DNA from: Candidatus Saccharimonadota bacterium
GTDB taxonomy: Bacteria > Patescibacteriota > Microgenomatia > UBA1406 > GWC2-37-13
Reading direction: 5' to 3'
Length of the DNA stretch: 32,000 nt
Assembly (NCBI GenBank): GCA_001790095.1
Contig: MGBH01000001.1
Coordinates: 450,001-482,000 of the forward strand
The notes under the pieces are model-generated. The model had not been told where the DNA came from. It ran no database searches and saw only the letters and a program-made list of their open reading frames with translations. A program made the position numbers and the translations under genes. The first letter of the stretch is position 1; every line of letters begins with the position of its first letter. This document shows positions 26,287 through 32,000 of this stretch, one piece after another.

Positions 26287-26967
26287 TCAAATTTTTTGAA
26301 ATCTTATCAAAGAAAGTGGTTGTTCGGTAAATGGATTATTCGAGATATTTATATATAGTCCCTGGGGTTTCATACTTTTTGCTTTTTCAATAGCTCTTGG
26401 CCAAAATTCTCTTTGCCACGCTCTTGGGATTATAAAATATGCTACACCTCCCCCAATTAACACTCTATCAAGCTCTGCTAATGCTTGAAGAGATAAGTCA
26501 ATAGGGTATTCACCCGTAGGACACTTTCTGCCATATGGAGGATTGACTATGGCTATTTTTTGTGACGCATCTTTAAGAGGTAGACGTTTTGCGTCCCATT
26601 CTATAAAATGTTGAGGCTGTCCATTATATTTATATTTTCTTCTGAAGCGTTTAAGTCCTTTATACGGATTTTTATATTCATGATGATATTTTATATCTCC
26701 TGTAATCGTTGATATTCCTTTGTAATCAAAAAAATTGGTCATCGAACCTGGGCCTCCAAAAGGTATAAGAATAGTATCGCCTTTATTAATATCATTAAAT
26801 CGAGTCATTTCATTGAAGATAAGCTCCAGTTTTTGTGTACCCAAACAAAATTCCCGAAGGCGTTTTGGAAAATATGCTTTATGAGCGTTTAGCGGTAATG
26901 GTATCCCTTCGCCAAGATGTAAGGTCATAAAATTTGAAAAAAGTATATAGCCACCAGGGACTCCCAT
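26287..26967 (-). CDS. SAM-dependent methyltransferase with NPPY motif (UPF0020/RNA m2G- or N6-adenine-type), start uncertain
   Basis: Motif I-like ILIPFGGPGS and motif IV IVNPPYG about 70 aa later. The first 6 codons (MGVPGG) are encoded by a tRNA-Lys remnant, so Met14 (ATG 26928) is an alternative start. Confidence 0.65.
   Translation of the reverse strand: MGVPGGYILFSNFMTLHLGEGIPLPLNAHKAYFPKRLREFCLGTQKLELIFNEMTRFNDINKGDTILIPFGGPGSMTNFFDYKGISTITGDIKYHHEYKNPYKGLKRFRRKYKYNGQPQHFIEWDAKRLPLKDASQKIAIVNPPYGRKCPTGEYPIDLSLQALAELDRVLIGGGVAYFIIPRAWQREFWPRAIEKAKSMKPQGLYINISNNPFTEQPLSLIRFQKI
26949..26966 (-). pseudogene. internally deleted tRNA-Lys remnant (5' GGG fused to the last 15 nt of the tRNA), preceded by a second copy of the tRNA leader motif
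   Basis: AGCCACCAGGGACTC at 26949-26963 is identical to 27066-27080 (3' T-arm plus acceptor of tRNA-Lys). The leader 14-mer TCCTCAGGGTAAAC occurs at 26991-27004 and 27150-27163. CGACGAA-GGG junctions are present in both units. Confidence 0.5.
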
Positions 26968-27063
26968 TCGTCGCTTTTAAACTATATGGCTCCTCAGGGT
27001 AAACTTCTCGTCCCTAACAACTTCGTCAATCTCTGTGCGAAACACTGAGTTTGCCGAAGTGTG

Positions 27064-27136
27064 TGAGCCACCAGGGACTCGAACCCTGAACCACCTCCTT
27101 AAGAGGGAGATGCTCTACCAGTTGAGCTAGTGGCCC
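27064..27136 (-). tRNA. tRNA-Lys (anticodon CTT)
   Basis: The reverse complement folds as GGGCCAC / GCTC-AACTGGTA-GAGC / TCTCC-CTCTTAA-GGAGG / TGGTT / CAGGG-TTCGAGT-CCCTG / GTGGCTC-A. Confidence 0.9.
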
Positions 27137-27198
27137 TTCGTCACTTCGTTCCTCAGGGTAAACCCTTGCACTTATAAGCTTAACTTTAGATTTCAAGC

Positions 27199-27477
27199 TT
27201 ATAAGGGTAACCCCCTATCTTCATCAGCGTTCAAAATCAGTTCTAGTTTCTTTTTTCTATTCCAACCTTTGATTTCAGCTTCCCGTTTTGCTGCTTCAGA
27301 ATGAGTATTATATAGCTCGCTAAATACTAAAATCACAGGGATTTTACTCTTTAGAGATTTTGCACCTTTTTTTAAATTGTGTTCCTTTATTCGTCGCTCA
27401 ATATCGGTTGTTATCCCTGTATAAAGTGACTTATCTCTACATCTGACTATATATAAGAACCAATCGTTTTGCTTCAT
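27199..27477 (-). CDS. GIY-YIG nuclease family protein (UPF0213/YhbQ-like, stand-alone domain)
   Basis: FLYIVRCRDKSLYTGITTDIERRIKEHN...REAEIKGWNRKKK shows the GIY-(10)-YIG spacing, the conserved Arg/Glu and the K.W.R.KK tail. 92 aa. Confidence 0.85.
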   Translation of the reverse strand: MKQNDWFLYIVRCRDKSLYTGITTDIERRIKEHNLKKGAKSLKSKIPVILVFSELYNTHSEAAKREAEIKGWNRKKKLELILNADEDRGLPL

Positions 27478-27559
27478 TTCTTAATAGTGTCTAAAAAAAC
27501 AAACCAACCTTCAATAACCCAAGCGTACTTGCGCTGAATCCCCATATTGCGGGACGAAG

Positions 27560-27633
27560 TGCGCTCGGGGTGACTTGAACACCCAACCCTTGGTTCCGAA
27601 GACCAATGCTCTATCCAATTGAGCTACGAGCGC
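27560..27633 (-). tRNA. tRNA-Arg (anticodon TCG)
   Basis: The reverse complement folds as GCGCTCG / GCTC-AATTGGATA-GAGC / TTGGT-CTTCGGA-ACCAA / GGGTT / GGGTG-TTCAAGT-CACCC / CGAGCGC-A. Confidence 0.9.
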
Positions 27634-27681
27634 AAGTCACAAAAGCTACTAAGAACGTCAATTTTATATTATACTATACAG

Positions 27682-28227
27682 ATGAGTGCTTTTTTATATC
27701 TGTTCCTCCTTGTCCTTGAACTCCTTTTTTTAGTGGGTTTAAGCTCCTATTCTATTGGTCTTCTTTATTCGTCCATCATGGGAGCTCCCTATGTCCCAAC
27801 CTCAAAGAAACAAATAGATACAATTCTAGAAAGAGCCAAACTCAAAGCGGGACAAAGATTCATTGAGCTGGGAAGCGGTGACGGCAGAATTGTCCGTAGG
27901 GCTGTACAAAAATACAGCGTATACGGAGTCGGAGTCGACATTAATGTGCTCCTTGTTTTACTATCACGAATCTATGCAAAAAAACAGCACCTATCAAATA
28001 TCTCCTTTAGAAAGGAGAACATCTTTTCAACTTCCCTTAGTGAAGCTGATGTAGTATATCTTTTTCTCATGCCAGATACCATAAAAAAAATACTTCAAAA
28101 GTTTGAAAAGGAGTTAAAACCAAGTACTTTATTGATTTCTCACGGCTTTAAAATCCCCGGTTGGGAAAAAAAACAGATTGATGTGATAAAATCTGAACCT
28201 TTCTCAACTTTTTTTTATCGCGTATAG
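27682..28227 (+). CDS. membrane-anchored class I SAM-dependent methyltransferase, ATPSCKMT/ANTKMT (FAM173)-like putative protein-lysine methyltransferase
   Basis: One N-terminal TM helix, then GAPYVPTSKKQIDTILE...FIELGSGDGRIVRRA...GVDINVLLVLLSR...ADVVYLFLMP. This parallels the LPFVPATTKQIE...VDIGSGDGRIVIAA...GYELNPWLVWYSR pattern of the FAM173 family. The ORF-track start 27619 overlaps tRNA-Arg, so ATG 27682 is used. Confidence 0.7.
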   Translation: MSAFLYLFLLVLELLFLVGLSSYSIGLLYSSIMGAPYVPTSKKQIDTILERAKLKAGQRFIELGSGDGRIVRRAVQKYSVYGVGVDINVLLVLLSRIYAKKQHLSNISFRKENIFSTSLSEADVVYLFLMPDTIKKILQKFEKELKPSTLLISHGFKIPGWEKKQIDVIKSEPFSTFFYRV

Positions 28228-28239
28228 CCACTTGTTGTA

Positions 28240-28269
28240 TTGACAGGATAATTACGTTTAGAGTATCAT
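28240..28269 (+). promoter_or_regulatory. promoter giving a leaderless transcript for the glucosaminidase-like gene
   Basis: TTGACA (28240-28245), 18-nt spacer, TATCAT (28264-28269), then 6 nt to ATG 28276. Confidence 0.5.
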
Positions 28270-28275
28270 ATATCT

Positions 28276-28863
28276 ATGCTTAAAAAGACGTTCTACCTTT
28301 TTTTAGTTTATTTTCTTTTAGTTGGATTTAATTTATTAATCGCACAGCAAATTGTAAAGAAAGACCGAAAAATTGCATTTTATAAAGCTATTATGAATGA
28401 TCTTACCGAGATTGGATCAGCACTTCAAAATGAAGAACCATCTCAGAATCAAGAAGAAATTTTAAAGGAGTTTGCTACAAGTGATATCCGTACTGCCAAT
28501 CTTAAGTACTTTTTCAGGAAATATAACTCACCCCTATATGACCATGCGCAGACTTTTGTCGATTTCGCAGATAAATATCAGTTTGATTACCGTCTTTTAC
28601 CAGCCATTGCTATGCAGGAATCAAATCTGTGCAAATATATCTATGAAGGTTCTTATAACTGCTGGGGATGGGGGATCTATGGCGGCAAGGTCACCCGTTT
28701 TAGCTCTTACGATGAAGCGATTGAAACTATTAGCCGTGGTATTAAAACTTATTATATCGATAAGGGCCTGACAACACCTGAAGAAATCATGCGCAAATAT
28801 ACACCTCCCTCTAATGGGAGCTGGGCACACGGGGTAAATACTTTTTTAAAGATAATTGAATAA
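28276..28863 (+). CDS. secreted/anchored glucosaminidase-like (FlgJ/LytD-type) peptidoglycan hydrolase domain protein, paralog A
   Basis: N-terminal hydrophobic anchor. SPLYDHAQTFVDFADKYQFDYRLLPAIAMQESNLCK...NCWGWG...FSSYDEAIETISRG resembles the glucosaminidase pattern (..a..ygi.p.l..AqailESg.G.s....nN.FGi......F.sy.eSi). Paralogous to 30491-31054. Confidence 0.5.
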   Translation: MLKKTFYLFLVYFLLVGFNLLIAQQIVKKDRKIAFYKAIMNDLTEIGSALQNEEPSQNQEEILKEFATSDIRTANLKYFFRKYNSPLYDHAQTFVDFADKYQFDYRLLPAIAMQESNLCKYIYEGSYNCWGWGIYGGKVTRFSSYDEAIETISRGIKTYYIDKGLTTPEEIMRKYTPPSNGSWAHGVNTFLKIIE

Positions 28864-28920
28864 ATATCAAATGGCAAATTTAAATGTTTAATTTAAAATA
28901 TTTTAATAGATTTGATATTT
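28862..28920. repeat. AT-only inverted repeat between convergent genes
   Basis: AAATATCAAAT (28862-28872) is perfectly complementary to ATTTGATATTT (28910-28920). The loop is 37 nt. Confidence 0.5.
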
Positions 28921-28930
28921 GAGATATCTT

Positions 28931-29554
28931 TTATTGTACGCTTCTGGCAGTTGAAAGCTCCTGGGAAAGAGAATACTGAGTTCCACTTTTTTTTGAACGT
29001 GCAGCAAACAATGATCCTCTTTTTTTCTTTTTTGACATAAGTGCTTGCATCCATGTTTTTGATTCGCCCATTTTTTCTCTCATGAGTCGTAAAGCTCTTA
29101 AAACAATCTCCAAGAAACGAACATGATATATACCCGGTTTTTCAGGTAGGGAATCGATTGCAATTTTTTCGATGTCTTTTACTTCTTGTAAGAGTGATTT
29201 GTCAGCTTTCTTTATATATTCTATTTCTTTACGTATTTGCTCAACAAGCTGTTGTATCTCACGCTTCACCAGTACTGATTCATGATATTCGTTGTAATTA
29301 AATATGTTTGCTTCTTTCTTAGATTTGGCTGAGACCTTATGTTCTGAAGCCTTTTGTCCAAATTCATTTCCAAAAGAATTGTTTTCATTCTTATCAACAT
29401 ATCCTCCGAAGAATTGATCAAGCACACCACTTCCAAGATCCTTTAAAGAAGATCCAATATTGCGAACGGTTGATGAACCAAGGTCTTTGAGAGACTCTAC
29501 AGTGTTAGCCTTGATTTGACCTGAATTTTGTTTTACTATAGGCTTATTTGCCAT
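28931..29554 (-). CDS. hypothetical protein, co-transcribed with trigger factor (12-nt gap)
   Basis: 207-aa ORF. N-terminal internal repeat (SLKDLGSSTVRNIGSSLKDLGSGV), a central coiled-coil-like segment and a basic C-terminal tail (KKKKRGSLFAARSKKSG). I recognise no diagnostic motif. Confidence 0.6.
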   Translation of the reverse strand: MANKPIVKQNSGQIKANTVESLKDLGSSTVRNIGSSLKDLGSGVLDQFFGGYVDKNENNSFGNEFGQKASEHKVSAKSKKEANIFNYNEYHESVLVKREIQQLVEQIRKEIEYIKKADKSLLQEVKDIEKIAIDSLPEKPGIYHVRFLEIVLRALRLMREKMGESKTWMQALMSKKKKRGSLFAARSKKSGTQYSLSQELSTARSVQ

Positions 29555-29566
29555 AGTAAGATTATA

Positions 29567-30433
29567 CTATAAGCTAATTAAGAAATCAAGTGTTTTTTGC
29601 TTGCGTAGTACAGATGCATAAAAATAAGAATTAGCCTTGGCTGCCTGTTGTTCTTTTTCGGTTTTCAGTGCCCCGAAAAGCTTATCCAAATCAGCCTGTT
29701 CAACCTTAATTTGCTCTTTGTCAGCGATCTCAAGAAGAATAAACTCCAACTTGTACATGTCGGTTATTTCCTTTGTATACTGTTCTTTCAATTTATCCAT
29801 AGTCAACCCCTTCGATTGAAGATAGTTATCAACAGTCAAGCCAATTTTTTGGACATCATCAATAAGAGCTGTAAGCTTACGATTTAGTTCTGATTCGATA
29901 AGAAGTAGGGGAATCTCACATTTAACTTCTTTAAGGATAAGAGAAAGGGCTGCACTCAATATTTTATCATTTTTTGCAGCCTGATCTTCTTTTTTAGCCT
30001 CATCTTTACCAGGTACCCAAATATCATCTTTTTTCATACCTGCTTTAATATCCAATAGTTTCTTTCTATATTCTCCTAAATCAACTGTCGGTTTTTCTGC
30101 TAATGTGGCCTTTATTTGCCAAGTTTCTTTTTCTTTTGCCTTAACAAGATCTATTTTAGGGGAAACAATAGGTTTTAAGCCTTCTTTCTTTATAATTTCC
30201 TCATAAATACGGGGTAGCAATGTACGAATAAGTTGAGAATATACCTGATCTTTGGGAATGTGTTTTTGAGCAATTTGGCTTGGAACTTTTCCTTTACGAA
30301 ACCCTTCGAAGCTAAATTCAGCAAGGATAAGATCAAATGCGGTTTTATATTCCTTTTCAATTTCATCCCACGATATCTCAATGATTATTTCAAATGTGTT
30401 GGAGGGAAGTTTTTTGACTGTATGTTTTATCAT
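29567..30433 (-). CDS. tig: trigger factor lacking the central PPIase (FKBP) domain
   Basis: The ribosome-binding signature GFRKGKVP sits in the N-domain. After ...KPTVDLGEYRK the sequence continues directly into C-domain-like helices (IPLLLIESELNRKL...VDNYLQSKGLTMDKLKEQY...KLEFILLEIADKEQIKV). 288 aa versus about 430 for the canonical protein. Confidence 0.8.
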   Translation of the reverse strand: MIKHTVKKLPSNTFEIIIEISWDEIEKEYKTAFDLILAEFSFEGFRKGKVPSQIAQKHIPKDQVYSQLIRTLLPRIYEEIIKKEGLKPIVSPKIDLVKAKEKETWQIKATLAEKPTVDLGEYRKKLLDIKAGMKKDDIWVPGKDEAKKEDQAAKNDKILSAALSLILKEVKCEIPLLLIESELNRKLTALIDDVQKIGLTVDNYLQSKGLTMDKLKEQYTKEITDMYKLEFILLEIADKEQIKVEQADLDKLFGALKTEKEQQAAKANSYFYASVLRKQKTLDFLISL

Positions 30434-30464
30434 TCAATAATGTAAATTGGTATTATACCTCGAA

Positions 30465-30481
30465 GTCCCGCTTAGCGGGAC
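30465..30481 (-). terminator. GC-rich hairpin 9 nt after the stop of the paralog-B gene
   Basis: GTCCCGC-tta-GCGGGAC is a 7-bp G+C stem. It is followed on the minus strand by TTCGAGG, so the U-tract is poor. A TATAAT for tig follows. Confidence 0.35.
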
Positions 30482-30490
30482 GAAGTGGCA

Positions 30491-31054
30491 TTATAATTCT
30501 ACTGTATTGCCGTTCAAAAGCAATAGGTTTTTTTCTTCTTTTTTAAACTGTTCAATAAAGTAAGACACTTTTGAAGACCATGTATTACCCTCACAATAAA
30601 TGTTTCCAATCTGTTCCACTGTAGTTGCCCCCTTATCAACATAATTTTCACGCAAACCTTTTCCAACAGTTAAAATCGCTCTATCATAACCGTCAAACTC
30701 GATAAGGCCACGACCCCATCCGAACGGATTGTTTGTACCAGTCTTGATAAATTTGGCAAATGTAGATTCAACTCCTGATATAGCAGGCAATAAATAACAG
30801 TCAAGGTTATACAACTGGCAAGCTTGAATAAAAGCATCTACATGATCAATGAGAGGAGTTTGAAATTTTGATAAATAGTTTTTTATCGCTCGCTTTTTTA
30901 TAAAATAGGTCTGATCGTTTGTGAACGATGCGCCATCAGATTCTGTATAATACATATTTGCAGAGTTACCAGCCACCAAATCAGCACTTACTGGCTGTGT
31001 AAAGATAAGCAAAAGTATTGTCAGTAAAAGTCCTACAAAGTGTTTTATGTGCAT
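30491..31054 (-). CDS. secreted glucosaminidase-like peptidoglycan hydrolase domain protein, paralog B
   Basis: Signal peptide MHIKHFVGLLLTILLLIFTQPVSA-D. TPLIDHVDAFIQACQLYNLDCYLLPAISGVESTFAK...NPFGWG...FDGYDRAILTVGKG aligns along its length with 28276-28863. Confidence 0.5.
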   Translation of the reverse strand: MHIKHFVGLLLTILLLIFTQPVSADLVAGNSANMYYTESDGASFTNDQTYFIKKRAIKNYLSKFQTPLIDHVDAFIQACQLYNLDCYLLPAISGVESTFAKFIKTGTNNPFGWGRGLIEFDGYDRAILTVGKGLRENYVDKGATTVEQIGNIYCEGNTWSSKVSYFIEQFKKEEKNLLLLNGNTVEL

Positions 31055-31060
31055 AAAAAA

Positions 31061-31099
31061 ATCCTAAAGCTTCTCTAGCAGGTAGAGGAACCTTAGGAT
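31061..31099 (-). promoter_or_regulatory. 5'-leader hairpin plus U7 immediately upstream of the paralog-B start codon; SD-like AGGA buried in the stem
   Basis: Minus-strand RNA: GAUCCUAAGGUUCCUCU-accugcu-AGAGAAGCUUUAGGAU, then UUUUUUU and AUG (31054). Confidence 0.5.
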
Positions 31100-31107
31100 C
31101 TTTGGTT

Positions 31108-31136
31108 ATTATAACACACTTAACAAATAAAGTCAA
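31108..31136 (-). promoter_or_regulatory. consensus promoter for the paralog-B gene
   Basis: On the minus strand: TTGACT (31131-31136), 17-nt spacer, TATAAT (31108-31113). The predicted start site falls right at the base of the leader hairpin. Confidence 0.55.
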
Positions 31137-31171
31137 ATATCTTATAATTATATGAAATCTATATAATCAAT

Positions 31172-32000
31172 ATGTATAAACAAATTCGATTTACCAGTTT
31201 TAGCTTTGGCTGTCGAGTTAATGAAGCAGAACGCATTGAAATGAACAGGGAGATGATTGCGGCGGGATTTATATTAGATCACAAGCGACCAGATCTTTTT
31301 ATTATTAATAGTTGTGCTGTTACAAACAAAGCGGAAAGGGAGGTCAGACAGCTTATCATGAAGCTAAAAAGAGATAATCCGAACCTAAGATTGGTTGTAA
31401 CTGGATGTGCAGCAACGTACTGGAGAAAAAACAAACTTTGGAAAAATATACCCATAGATCTTATTATAAGTAATAATCAGAAAACTTCCTTGATTTCTCA
31501 GATTAAGGAATATCATATAAGTAACCCATCAAACCTGGCTGTTTTCCAACCTAGACAGTCGAACAGCGATCAGTTACAGCAAGATAAATTCATATTGTCA
31601 GGCAGAGTTATGATAAAAATACAAGACGGTTGTCACAGATTTTGCAGTTACTGTATAGTTCCACACCTACGCGGCAAACCAAAATCAAGAAAAATATATG
31701 AAATTATACAAAGGGTCAGGGAAAATCAGCAAGGAAATCATATTAATGAAATTATATATACCGCCATTAATACCGAAGCTTTTGGAAAAGATACCGGTGA
31801 GTCTTTACTTCAGCTTATTAAGACATCGATACATCAAATAAAAGTACCCCGAATAAGTTTTGGTTCCATCCATCCATGGAGTATCACCAAAGAGTTTCTC
31901 GACTATTACCGAGTCAATATTGCTAGAAAAAGACTGAGTGATTTTTTTCATGTTCCAATCCAGTCGGGTTCAAATAAAATTCTCAAATATATGAATCGCG
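31172..32000 (+). CDS. MiaB/MtaB-family radical SAM tRNA methylthiotransferase (MtaB-like), 3' partial
   Basis: Hand translation is open from ATG 31172 to the window end. It is absent from the ORF track because there is no stop. Motifs: UPF0004 N-domain FSFGCRVNEAE...INSCAVT...VTGC, radical SAM IQDGCHRFCSYCIVP, and FHVPIQSGSNKILKYMNR. Confidence 0.8.
   Translation, partial: MYKQIRFTSFSFGCRVNEAERIEMNREMIAAGFILDHKRPDLFIINSCAVTNKAEREVRQLIMKLKRDNPNLRLVVTGCAATYWRKNKLWKNIPIDLIISNNQKTSLISQIKEYHISNPSNLAVFQPRQSNSDQLQQDKFILSGRVMIKIQDGCHRFCSYCIVPHLRGKPKSRKIYEIIQRVRENQQGNHINEIIYTAINTEAFGKDTGESLLQLIKTSIHQIKVPRISFGSIHPWSITKEFLDYYRVNIARKRLSDFFHVPIQSGSNKILKYMNR

Noticed and set aside
26949-27136. Integrated prophage or genomic island at tRNA-Lys (15-nt direct repeat of the tRNA 3' end)
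   Set aside because: The repeats are only about 100 nt apart, no integrase or other mobile genes lie between or beside them, and the tRNA leader motif is duplicated too. Tandem duplication with decay fits better. At most this is a scar.
27619-27681. ORF-track start at 27619 for the TM methyltransferase
   Set aside because: It is a non-ATG start whose first 15 nt overlap tRNA-Arg(TCG) on the other strand. ATG 27682 is preceded by TATACT at the usual 6-nt distance and begins exactly at the TM helix.
22061-30445. Other shadow ORFs (22061-22315, 22718-22900, 24242-24424, 27863-28054, 28472-28830, 29637-29887, 30190-30445)
   Set aside because: They overlap better-supported genes in other frames or strands and have no motifs.

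Overview
AT-rich, gene-dense bacterial chromosome segment that uses the standard genetic code (TGA, TAA and TAG all act as stops; no split ORFs). I infer a Patescibacteria/CPR (Microgenomates-like) genome, but no search was run. The inference rests on compact, domain-minimised housekeeping proteins, a 23S rRNA gene not linked to 16S or 5S, type IV pilin-like and peptidoglycan-remodelling secreted proteins, and very short intergenic spacers. I can support about 31 CDS plus 2 tentative small ORFs, 8 tRNA genes (none encodes CCA) and one 23S rRNA gene. Left to right: a DUF360 membrane protein, secG, an orphan family-5 solute-binding protein, tRNA-Leu, then a minus-strand block of ppsA-eno-ruvA-ruvB followed by tRNA-Leu/Thr/Arg and a NUDIX gene. 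Next come a promoter, tRNA-Ala and 23S rRNA, then a B12-binding radical SAM protein, a Cys-rich pilin-like protein, a cupin, an L,D-transpeptidase, obg, dus and a 540-aa membrane protein. These are followed by holA-like, PMM/PGM and IMPase genes, a PfkB kinase, ruvC, an aminotransferase, and an ArsR regulator with a small Cys-rich peptide. The right end holds an NPPY methyltransferase, tRNA-Lys, a GIY-YIG protein, tRNA-Arg, a TM-anchored methyltransferase, two paralogous glucosaminidase-like proteins flanking tig plus an unknown gene, and a partial MtaB/MiaB-like gene. The most interesting candidate is at 25.5-26.2 kb. An ArsR-family regulator carries Cys-Cys pairs at both termini. It is followed by a consensus promoter, a 130-nt segment that is either a structured leader or a leaderless 42-aa ORF, and a strongly SD-driven 58-aa peptide ending in CCGCCDEEEEGCC. 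Other notable points: a decayed tandem copy of tRNA-Lys plus its leader that forms the 5' end of an ORF; two tRNAs with C where U55 is expected; a NUDIX start codon 4 nt after a tRNA; a pervasive leaderless promoter-ATG layout; and 23S expansion and macrolide-site variants. All calls come from reading the sequence and ORF translations and from remembered family motifs. rRNA ends are approximate (about +/-10 nt).
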